From: Octopus bimaculoides
Taxonomy: Eukaryota
Length of the DNA stretch: 64,000 nucleotides
Reading direction: 5' to 3'
Assembly: GCF_001194135.2 (NCBI RefSeq)
Contig: NC_068981.1
Span: 187,197,964 to 187,261,963 of the forward strand
A program made the translations under genes and the position numbers. Below the pieces are notes generated by a model. That model was not told the DNA's origin and did not search any database. It saw nothing but the letters and a program-made list of their open reading frames with translations. Below are positions 13,117 through 25,100 of this stretch, in pieces (the first letter of the stretch is position 1; the number at the start of each line of letters is the position of its first letter).

Positions 13117-16100
13117 CTGAAACAAAAATGAAGTACATCAAGCCAACCAGATTCTCGAGTTCACTTCTTCAACTAAAAAGTAGATTTTAGTAATTTTTAG
13201 TAAATCTTTATAAGCAAGGTGAACAATGAGAATCAAACTGAAGACTTGCTAGGCAGCCTCTGCAAAGCAGGATGTGATGCACTGCAGGGCTCTTTCTGTG
13301 TGTGCAACAAGTGCAGCATCAGCTAGTTCTGGAATACTCTTTTACTTGATTCAGTCATTTGACCGTGGCCATGCTGAAGCACCGCTTTTAGTCGAGAAAA
13401 TCGACCCCAGGACTTATTCTTTGTAAGCCTAGTACTTATTCTATCGGTCTCTTTTGCTGAACCGCTAAGTTACGGGCACGTAAACACACCAGCATCAGTT
13501 GTCAAGCGATGTTGGGGGGGACAAACACAGACACACATATACACATATATACGACAAGCTTCTTTCAGTTTCCGTCTACCAAATCCACTCACAAGGCTCT
13601 GGTTGGCTTGAGACTATAGTAGAAGACACTTGCCTAAGGTGCCACACAGTGGGACTGAACCCAGAACCATGTGGTTGGTAAGCAAGCTACTTACCACACA
13701 GCCACTCCAGCACCTATTGCTAAGTTATTCAATATGAAATTCAGCAAAGTGTTGTTCTAGATGATTGAGAGGAAACATTACTTAGCAAACCAAAGGCCTG
13801 TGCCAATATCTAATGTCTGTTTTGGAATGGTTTCTACAGCTGGATGCCCTTCCTAATGCTAACTTTACAGAGCGTATTGGGTGCTTCCTATGTGGCACCA
13901 GCAGCGGTGACGACATCTCAAGTAACTTGCAGGACAAGACCCTTCAACTGGGGGTGGTATTATGAAGGGATAGAAAAGGGGTCTTGCATTAGAGGAGAAA
14001 TATGGTTACCTCAGGTAAGGAGAAAGTGAGAGGGAAGAGAGAAAGATGGTGAAGATATGACAGGCAGGGGTCATACACCCAAATTATAGGGAGGTGCGTT
14101 GAGTGAAATGGACTGAGGCTTGGTGAGTGGGTGAGCAAGTTCACAAGATTTCTAAAGGATAGTGGGAGCTAGAGTAAGGGATGTCATGGAGAAAAAAAAA
14201 TGGAAATTCTTCATACCTTAGCTCTAGTAATAACATCCATTCCTTCCAAAGTATACCTGAATTGAACAGGCATTTGGGACCACAAACGATGTTGAATCCA
14301 GCCTTGGACACCACGTATGTTTAACCCTCCTCCAATTACAAGAATACAGCTATACATTTTCTTTTTAATTTCATCATTACCTGAAATGAAATGAAATAAT
14401 TTCAAAATAAATATTCATGAACATAGCAAAGCTGAGTTTACTGGAAACTGAAAATTTGTGTACAAAAGATATTTCTGAGTCAGATGGCATCATGGGTAAT
14501 TTGAGTATAACAGCAACTTTTTCCATGACCAACCAGTCCAAATAGAAGCCTGAATAATGTGATATTAAATTCTTTTTTTATATATCTTTTTTTTTATACA
14601 CCTTTGGCACCCGTGCCAGTGGAGCGCTAACAGCACCATCCAAACGGGATCACTGCCAGAGCAGTGGTCTGGCTTCCATGCCGGTAACACATAAAAAGCA
14701 CCATTTGAGCATGATCGTTACCAGCGTCGCCTTACTGGCACTTGTGCCAGTGGCATGTGAACAAAACATTCGAGCAGGGTCGTTACCAGCGCTGCTGGAC
14801 TGATTCCTGTGCAGGTGGCACATAAAAACACCATTTGAGCTTGCCCATTGTCAGTACCGCCAGACTGGCCCTCATGCTGGTGGCACGTAAAAGCGCCCAC
14901 TACACTCTTGGAGTGGTTGACGTTAGGAAAGGCATCCAGTTGTAGAAACTCTGCCAGATCAGATTGGAGCCTGGTGCAGCCATCTGGTTCGCCAGTCCTC
15001 AGTCAAAATCGTCCAACCCATGCTTGCACAGAAAGCGGACGTTAAACAATGATGATGATGACTTTTTATATAATATTTTTATATACCTTTTATATATCTT
15101 TATATAATATTTCTATATACCTTTATATAGTCGAAGCTGAACAAGATCCCATAGTACCATGATGGTAGTTCCTACTTCTGAATGTATAAAGAATTTTAAG
15201 AAAAATTAACCCTTCTGATTCCAACTCCTCTGAAAGAGCTTTTACAAATGCTGCAGAGCTGACATTGCCTTTGATCCTTTGAGGACTGATAAAATAAGTA
15301 ACAGTTGAACTCAGGGCTTCAAGTAACTGACTATCCCATATCCCCAAAATTTCAGGCCTTGTGCCTACAGCAGAAAGGATTACTATTATTATTATTGCAA
15401 TTTTAATGTAATTTACTTGTGATATTAGTTACGTAAACCTTTATGAGTTCAAATCTTGCTGTGGCCAACTTTATCTTCATACTTTTAGAGTTTTATAATT
15501 TCTCAAGTCAAATACAGGAGTTGATCTATACTTTAATAATGTACCCTAAACCATTATAGTATTTGTAGATTATTATTATTATTTTTTTTAATTAGTTTGA
15601 AATTGTTGTGCATAGGCTCAGGTGCACTACAACACATCAAAGGTGCAATGTACAGTACATAGAATTATGTACAAAAGTCAGGAAAGTGAACAATGTATGA
15701 GTCATGATATACATGTGTGCATATGTATGGAGGGGGTGGATATCAGGTGTAGTGTTGGTGAATTTCAGGAAGCATGGAGATTTTAAAGGATGCAATGTCT
15801 CTGCATCTAACAACTGATGCAGATAGTTTGTTCCATGCTTCAGCAACTCAGAGTGTGAAAAAATGTTTCCAAAAGTCATGTGCTGTTTTCTGGCTTTGGA
15901 GGCATGCCTATGAGTGTTAGACACATGGAGCTCAAAAAGGTGCTCAAGGTGGTTGTTGGTGTGATGGCTAACAGTTTTGCGGGTGTTTACCAAGTCAGTT
16001 ACCAGACATCGGAGCTTCAGTGTATCTCTGCCCAGGGAAGCAAGGTGTTCAGAGTATGGTAGATGCCTGATGGCGGGTATTCGCTTGGTTGCACATCTCT

Positions 16101-19100
16101 GAACAGTTCCCAGGAAGTCAATGTCCTGAGCAAGATAAGGGTTCCAGCCTGGTGATGCAAATTCCAAGTGTGGCCGCACCATAGCCATATACAGCCTTAA
16201 ATAGACAGCTGGAGAGCAGCTGACAACGGTCTTGCTGAGTGATGCAACCACACCATCTCAAAAGAATATTCTTAACCAACAAGCCAAACCTGCAACTATA
16301 AAATCTATAAAACAGAATTAAACCGATGGAAATTGGATGACATTTTACTGACTTGTGGAACAAAGAGTAACTCACTAAGTTTATTAATGCTGTGTAAAAT
16401 AGCTTGGTCAATGCCCATAAGTTGTAATAAAGGTCCAGTGTCTTGAGGTTCCTCCTCTTCCAAATCTAGTTTCCTCTCTCCTTTATAAGTGTCATTTCCA
16501 GAGAAATTGTCCGGACCATCATACGAGTCTTCATCGACCAGCTGTGGATGGCTCAGATTAGTGTCTTCGTACTGACTAAACGAGGTGTCCAGCTGGTTTA
16601 AACTTGCTTCAACATTCTCCTTCTTCCGAGCTGCATTCAAACGAGCAGCCTGTAGAATAAACAAGGAGAAAATTTTCAGTTTTCAAATAAGGACTTAGAG
16701 AACAAAGAAAAGCAATCAATGGTTTGAAAATATATACACACATGTGAATGGGTGCGTATGTACAAGTGTGTGTATATATATCTGATTTGTGTGCATATAG
16801 ATATATACACATCATCATTTAATGTTCATTTTCCATGCTGGTAATGGTTGGATGGCTTGACAGGAGCTGGAAAGCCAGAGGACTGCACCAAGCTCCACCC
16901 TGTTTTGGCATGGTTTTTACAGCTGGATGCCCTTCCTAATGCAAACCACTTTACAGAGTGGACTGGTCCTTTTCACATGGTACCAGTACCAGTGAGGTCT
17001 GTTTTGGCATAGTTTTTATGGCTGGACGTATAAGTACATGAAGTCTAATTTTGCTCAATCATATCAAGTGGTCACTGAAAAAAATGTTAGCCAAAGGCTA
17101 AAACTATGCACCCTTCCCCTCCATTGGTCAGTTGAAGATTTAGCAGTGTCATGTGACAGTTAGCTGGTGCTGGCTGCTGGAGCCTACTGGTGAGTATTTA
17201 AAGGGAAATGTGACAGGATGGTCATTCGCCCGCCGACATTTGTTGAAGTTGCATCACAGAAACCAAAGAACAAAAGAAAAAAGGAGAAAAAAGAAATGTA
17301 TTCAACACCAGAGCTGAAGACACCTTCAAAAGGGGAAGGTGCCACGTTGAAAACAGTAGAGGAGTAGGGGCCAGTATCGGACGTGGTTCCTCCTGATGAT
17401 ATCTTTAGCCACTGGATCCTATAAAGGAGCCGATGAGGTAGCAAACCACGAAACGTGGTTGGAATTCCGACTTAAAAATAAAGTAAAAGTTTAACCCTTT
17501 TGATACTAATCAACCTAGTTCTATGATACAAATTCCCTGCCAAGAGAATTCTAAATAAATCTTGACAATCTTGCTTAAAGAACAGATGAGGGTTCTAAAA
17601 AAAAAATTTTTTTTTAAAGTTATCATTTTAATTAATAGAAAATGTGTTGTGTATTTGTCCTTGTACCCAACATGAGTTGAGAAATGAAAAATTGAAAGAG
17701 AGGGAGAAATAAAAACATCAACAAATTTGTACATTATTTACAATTGATGGATATTTGTCCTCATCTTGTTTGTTGTTAACACAATGTTTCGGCTGATATA
17801 CCCTCCAGCCTTCATCAGGTGTCTTGAGAAAATTTCGAACCTGGGTTCTCGTTTCTAATGTAGTTTTCAATGTTAATATTATTATTATTATTGTTGTTGT
17901 TATTCAGGTCACTGCCTGGAATCAAACTCAGAATTTTGGGGTTAGTAGCCTGCGCTCTTAACCACTACGCCATATGCTCGTGGGCATAGTGGTTAAGAGC
18001 GCGGGCTACTAACCCCAAGATTCTGAGTTCGATTCCAGGTAGTGACCTGAATAATAATAATAACAACATTGAAAACTACCTTAGGAATGAGAACCCAGGT
18101 TCGAAATTTCCCCAAGACACCTGATGAAGGCTGGAGGGTATATCAGCCGAAACATTGTGTTAACAACAAACAAGATGAGGACAAATATCCGTCAATTTTA
18201 AATAATGTAAATAATGTACATAATTCCTCATCTCTTAAATATAGAACTGTATTATCAACAAATTTGTTTCCTTACTTGTTGTTGCTGACTCTGGGTCTGT
18301 AACAGGTAAAAATCATCATGAGGGTCATCTGAATCTCCTTCATACCTTTGCTGTGTGTGACAAAGTTGGGAACCTTGCAGTGCCAACATATCGTTAAAAA
18401 ACAAACTCAATGGTGCCAGAACACACTCATCTCCAAGTTTCACAGAATTATATTTGATGATCAAACTTTGTGGTTTTTTAATGTGTATGTTGTATTCATA
18501 TACACCATCTTGTTGCTAAAATGGCAAAAGAAAAAAAAATTATAGACCAACATCATTTTAACATCTACTTTTCCATGCATGAGTTGGACAGAGTATACCG
18601 AGTCAGATTTTCTATGACCAGCTTCCCTTCTTGTTGTCAAACTTTACCTGTTTCCAAGAAAGATAATATATTTCCCAATGGCCAGACATTTTCATAGAAT
18701 ATTGAGAATTAATGACACTGCTAATATAACAGTGATACTCATTTACAACTATCACACATTGATAATGAGGACATTGACTAATGAGGAATCAGCTATCAAA
18801 TGTCCATGTATTATGTTTTTGTCTAATTTTCAGTTTGTTATGTTTATGCCAAATTTTTTCTATTAAACCCATGAAATCATCATCATTAAACGTCTGCTTT
18901 CCACGCTGGCATATCATAAGTAGGACAGTTGATAGGAGCTGACCAGGTAGAAAAACTACCCTAGGCTACTGTATCTATTTTGGTAGGGGTTTTATGGCTG
19001 GATGCTCTTCTTAACACCAACCACTCTGCAGAGTAGACTCAGTGCTTTTTATGTAGCACCTGCACAGGCGAGGTTAGTTTTTGGCAAGGTTTTTACAGCT

Positions 19101-22100
19101 GGATGCCTTTCCAAACGCCAACCATGTTACAGTGTGGACTGGATGCTTTTAACATGGCACCAGCACTGGCAGGGTAACCAAGTAACTCAGGAGACAAGGA
19201 ATTATGAGAGGGGCAGGGCCCATTTGAGGCGGGGAATTCATGTCATAGGATGAAAGGTTAGCGTGTGACAGGCAGAAGCAGGTGTCTTTCTACAACAGAG
19301 GGGTCATTAGAGGAGGTAATATTGGCTGCATGGTAAGAAGCTTGCTTCCCAACCACATAGTTCCAGTTCAGTCCCACAGCATGGCACCTTGGGCAAGTGA
19401 CTTCTACTGTAGCTTCAAACTGACCAAAGCCTTGTGAGTGGATTTGGTAGACAGAAACTGAAAGAAGCCCGTCATATGTGTGTGTGTATCTGTGTGTGTG
19501 TGTCTCCGCATCACCACTTGACATCCGGTGTTGGTGTGTTTACATCCCCCGTAACCTAGCAGTTCAGCAAAAGAAACCAATAGAATACGCATCAGGCTTA
19601 AAAAAATAAGAACTGGGGACAATTCATTTGATTAAAAATTCAAGGCGGTGCTCCAGCATGGCCACAGTCTAATGACTGAAACAGGTAAAAGATAAAAGAT
19701 ATATGCATATATGTGTGTGTGTGTGTGTGTATTCTGTTGTGTCTGGGGAGAGTCATTCTCTTTTAGTGCCTTATAATTTAACACACTCACCAGTAAAATT
19801 TCCACTTATTTCTTTTTATTTTTCTAAAATTTCCATTGTGTCTTGAAACCTTTTCAATAGTTTTGACTCTTGCAAACCAAACCCCAAAACGAAATATATA
19901 TATATATAGGAAGTTTTGAAATAATTGTCTTCAATAAAGGACACCTTCATACATTACTAAATATAATCACTGCAGCTAGCAGCTATTATAGGTTTAAAGA
20001 CAAATTGTATAAATTATACAAGAGGAAAGACATGTCAAAATGTCTTTCTTAGATCAACATAACTGAAAACTAAATAACAAAATGTTACCTGATCCATGTG
20101 ACAATAAGTTTCTTTGAATTCCTGTATGAGCCTTGTGTCAACAATATCAGTTATTTTCAGGTGTTGGGGGTTGAATCCAGATTTTGTAAGTAACCACTGG
20201 AAGCACCTTGTAATATCACTGCCTCCATAGTCCATAACTATTCTAATTAGAGAAGAGAGATGAGGAAGAAAGGTAGTATTAATTGACTATATTGTGTTAT
20301 ACCAAACAAATATACATGAAAGTATACACATACATACACACACACACACACAAGGAGTAAATATTCGAAAGTGAATATTTATATAAGTATTATTATTGTT
20401 ACTATTATCGGCAGTAAATATAAATAGTTGATAACGACGACAATAACATAGGTGGTTGCAGGCATTAAATAGCATTGTGTGTGCATAAGGGTCACTCTTA
20501 TCATGTGTGCGTGTGTTTGTACGTGCATGCATGTGCTTGTGCATAAGGGTCGCTCTTATGTGTGCGTGTGCTTGTACGTGCATGTGTGCCTGTGCTTGTA
20601 CGTGCATGCCTGTGCTTATGTGAGTGTGCATGTGCTTGTGTGCGCTCTGTCTTGACATTGCATGACAACTAAATGAATGTCGACATCATAAAAGCAGTGT
20701 CCATCGTTTCCAGTCTTCCATGAAAACATCTCTGGCTGTGGGAAACAGGTGAGGGTTGTTAACAGGAAAGGCATCCAGCTGTGGAAAATCTGCCTCCCAC
20801 AAATTCTGTCTGACCCATGACAGCATAGAAGAGTGGAAGTCACCTTTTCTTTTTATGATGATAGAATGAGATTTTCAGGATAGCAGACTTATAAATTAAT
20901 AGATTTGTATTGAAGTGAAATAAAAGATTGAGTACTGAGAAAATTTTATTTGCCATTGAAACAAAAATAGTTCTTTTTGAAAAAATTGGTAGATTTTCCA
21001 ATAGAAAGAGAAGGGAATAAAAGATATTTTGCTTGCCATGGAAACCAAAATAGTTCTTTTTGAATGAAAAGATTTCCAGATCTTCCAATAGAAAATACCC
21101 AACATTTTTAATTGATCATGGGTAGGTCATGTGGTATGTAGGACGTGATATGAACTAGGGTACCCTACGACCTTCTGATGGGACATAGGTATCTAACACT
21201 ACCTATGTGATCTTTGCCTCACATATGGTATAATGTAGAAATATTACACCACTCATGTCAAAATTAATTAAGATATCGTATTGGGCCACTGGGATAAAAC
21301 ATAAAACAAGGCTCAAGAGTAAACATATTAAACAACCATGTTCTCTCAAGTAATACCTACTTACCTGGTATTTCTATGGGATAATCCATCTTCCACACAA
21401 CAAACACTTGTCTTCTGATCTCCAACATCCAACACACAGGCACTACTTACACCAGCACCAAAAGTGGCACAAACAGATTCCTGGAAATAAATTAAGACAA
21501 AATTTTTTTTTGGTATCTAATACTAATGAGAGCATAAAGAACTTGCAATGTGTGCTGGTGCCATGTAAAGATCACCTGTGCTGGTGCCGTGTAAAAAGAG
21601 TACCCAATACACTCTGTAAAGGGGTTTGAGTGAGGAAGGGCATCTAGTTGTAGAACCCTTGCAAAAAGAGATAATTGGATCCTGGAGCAATTCTCCAGAG
21701 CCTGTCAGACCGTCCAACCCATGCCAGCATGGAAAATAGACTTTAAACGATGATGATGATAGTCTATAGGGGGCACTCTGAAAGGACTGCTTGACACCAT
21801 TTACTCAAAGACAAAATTTTTTTCTCCGTGGGTCTTTTTACAGGTCAAATATGTCCAAAACATATTTGAGGACTACATCACATTTGTAAGTTTCCTTTTC
21901 TGTTTAGTCTATTGCTGGATGCCTTTCCTAGCACCAACCACTTTATAGAGAATGTATTGGAAGCATTTTAACATGGTACCAGCACTAGAGAAAACTATCA
22001 TGTTCATGACAAGATCAAAGTGTCGCCCTCAATCCCATATCTCCACTTGCTCAGCAACCAATTTACAGCAAGCACTGAGTGGGATTACAGTGGCACCAAC

Positions 22101-25100
22101 AAAAACGAGGTAGGGTCCCATTGTATCCCATAAGATTAGATAGTCCATGTCACTTTATAGCATTCATTCAATCAGGATTAGTGGAGGTGTGTGGCTTAGT
22201 GTTTAGGATGTTAGACTCATGATCATAAGATTGTGGGTTCGATTCCTGGATTGAGTGACATGTTGTATTCTTGAGTAAAACACTTCATGGCTGGTAAAAA
22301 TGAGTAATCCTGCAATGGATCAGTATCCCATCCAGGGAGGAATACATACAATAAATACACTGGAGAAACCAGAAAACTGGCCCCATGGTCCTTATGTAGT
22401 AATCTAGAGAGACCGATCATTCAGGATTACAGAAGTGAATAGAAAAGAAGATGAGTGAAGGAAGAAGAAACAGGATGAGCGGGGGGGGGGGACAAAGGGG
22501 TGAAGGTAGAAACAGAGTCAATGGGAAGAGAAGCTAACAGAAGTGAAACTGAAGGACAGTAAAAAGAGGACAAATGGGGAGAATGAAAGGGGGATGTCAG
22601 TACTAATGAGCCCAAGAGAGGTGGGGTGTATATCAAAGCCAAAATGAAGATATTTCTTGGGATAAGGTCTGGAAAAGAATTTATTCGTGTCAAAGTTTGA
22701 AAAGCAATAGAAATGAGGTTAGCAGATTGGATTACTGATAACATAGACATGATAGGAAATTTCACTTCTACAACCAGAATGTTGTGCTCTTGAGCAAGAT
22801 ACTTAACTTTGTTGCTTACTCTTTTACTTGTTTCAGTCATTTGACTGCGGCCATGCTGGAGCACCGCCTTTAGTCGAACAAGCCAACCCCAGGACTTATT
22901 CTATCGGTCTCTTTTGCCGAACCGCTAAGTTACGGGGACGTAAACACACCAGCATCGGTTGTCAAGCGATGTTTGGGGGACAAACACAGACACACAAACA
23001 TATATATATACATATATACGACGGGCTTCTTTCAGTTTCCGTCTACCAAATCCACTCACAAGGCTTTGGTCGGCCCGAGGCTATAGTAGCAGACACTAGC
23101 CCAAGGTGCCATGCAGTGGGACTGAACCCGGAACCATGTGGTTGGTAAGCAAGCTACTTACCACACACCCACTCCTATGCCTACACTTATTTACAATTCT
23201 ATATTTCTGAGATGAGGAATTTATATTATGTTACATCAGTCAGAGTAGTGTTCTCACCTCGATTTTTGCTTTCACTACGTTTCGGCTGTTGTATGTTCCA
23301 GCCTTCTTTCAACTGTCTTCTGATTCACCTTAATGCCTTTGCCTGAGATTGAACTCAGAACCTCTAGATGACTGCACTGCATTAACCAACACTTTTATCC
23401 ACTTCACTATGCTTGTAGGCTGTAACTGAGTGAATTTTTAAGACATCCATGGATGTCTTATGTTGGCTCCATACCAACAAAATATACAATTCTTTGTGTA
23501 TTATATAACAGGTTGTATTCTTATTTCACAATTGTTTACTCCCAGACAAGTCCTGATCAAGCTGAATATGATCAAGTGCACTCCAGCCATAACCATCCCT
23601 TCTTTCAGACATATTTTCGACTACATCATCTATGTACTTATCTTCATAGGCACTAAGGTGATATGAAGGAGATCAGACTGTTATTTCAAGCATGTTGAGC
23701 AACCTACATAACAGTTGGTATGGCAGCCCAGTAGTAAAAATTGAAGGATCAAGACACAAACCATCCAATCCATGGTGCCATTGAAAAAACAAATTATGAT
23801 AAATTTATTTGAAGACAATAGCCACACACACAGGTATGTGGTTATGGAGTTTCATTCACAACAATGTGGTTTCAGGTTCAATCCAACTGCATGGCAAGTA
23901 TCTTCCACTGGTGCCTTGAGCCAACCAATGCTTTTGAGTGGAAAAAAGTAGATGGAAACTAGGAAGCTTGTCATGTGTATCATCATCGTTTAACGTCCAC
24001 TTTCCATGCTAGCATGGGTTGGACGGTTTGACTGAGGACTGGTGAGCCAGAAGCTGCACCAGGCTCAATCTGATTTGGCAGAGTTTCTACAGCTGGATGC
24101 CCTTCCTAACGCCAACCACTCCGAGAGTGTAGTGGGTGTTTTTGTTTGTACGTGTGCACATATGAGTGTCATTTCATATTCTAATTAACACTGTCCGAGA
24201 AAAAAAAAAAAGACATTTTGCAATTTCTCTTAAAAGTAAAAGGAGGAGGAAAAGCCAAATTGATCTCAGTGAGATCTGAATTTAGAACGCAAGGCATTGG
24301 AATAAATATTACATAGAACATATCACAGATACTTTTCATCATCATTTAACGTCTGTCTTTCATGCTGGTATGGGTTGAATAGTTTGAAAGGATCCAACAA
24401 GCCAGATGACTATGTCAGGTTCCTATGTCTGATCTGGCATGGCTTCTATGGATAGTTGCCCTTCCTAACATCAACCACTTAACAGAGTATATTAGGGGTA
24501 CGAAGGCGACGAGCTGGGAGAATCGTTAGCACCCTGGGTGAATTACTTAGCAGTATTTCGTCTGCTGTTACATTCTGAGTTCAAATTCCACCGAGGTCGA
24601 CTTTGCCTTTCATCCTCTCGGGGTCGATAAATTAAGTACCAGTTACACACTGGGGTCGATAAATTAAGTACCAGTTACACACTGGGGTCGATGTAATCGA
24701 CTTAATCCCTTTGTCTGTCCTTGTTTGTCCCCTCTATGTTTAGCCCCTTGTGGACAATAAAGAAATAAGAATATATTAGGGGTATTTTTCATGACACCAG
24801 CACAAGGGAGAAAAAAAAAGAGACTGAGTGGGATTGTAGTAGAGAGTGATTTGGCTTTATGCCAGGTATTGAGAGAATAAGGTATGATAACAGGACAAGT
24901 ACAGGTGTCTTGTTATAGAGGCAACACATGGTTGCCCAGCAAGTGTGGATGGGAGTAGCCAGGAAAATGATGATGGTAGTGACAAGGTGTCAGAGTGTAA
25001 TCGCAGATTATACTTACTTGGTGAATAATAGCTGCAGAGAAACCGAGGTTGTTTAGAAGTATATTCATCAAGGCCTTCACGTGTTTATGAATATACACGT

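Noticed and set aside
17184-17444. 86-aa minus-strand ORF inside ACTR8
   Set aside because: ACTR8 splices in frame from 18276 to 16649 without it, and it has no ARP8 similarity.
17982-18045. Possible tRNA gene (anticodon loop CT-ACT-AA)
   Set aside because: The anticodon stem is mispaired, there is no matching 3' acceptor stem, and it is embedded in a TSD-flanked repeat; treated as a SINE-type head.
22828-23148. Recurrent ORFs such as [15 protein letters not shown] and MSSDVGGTNTD
   Set aside because: Chance frames within family A SINE copies.
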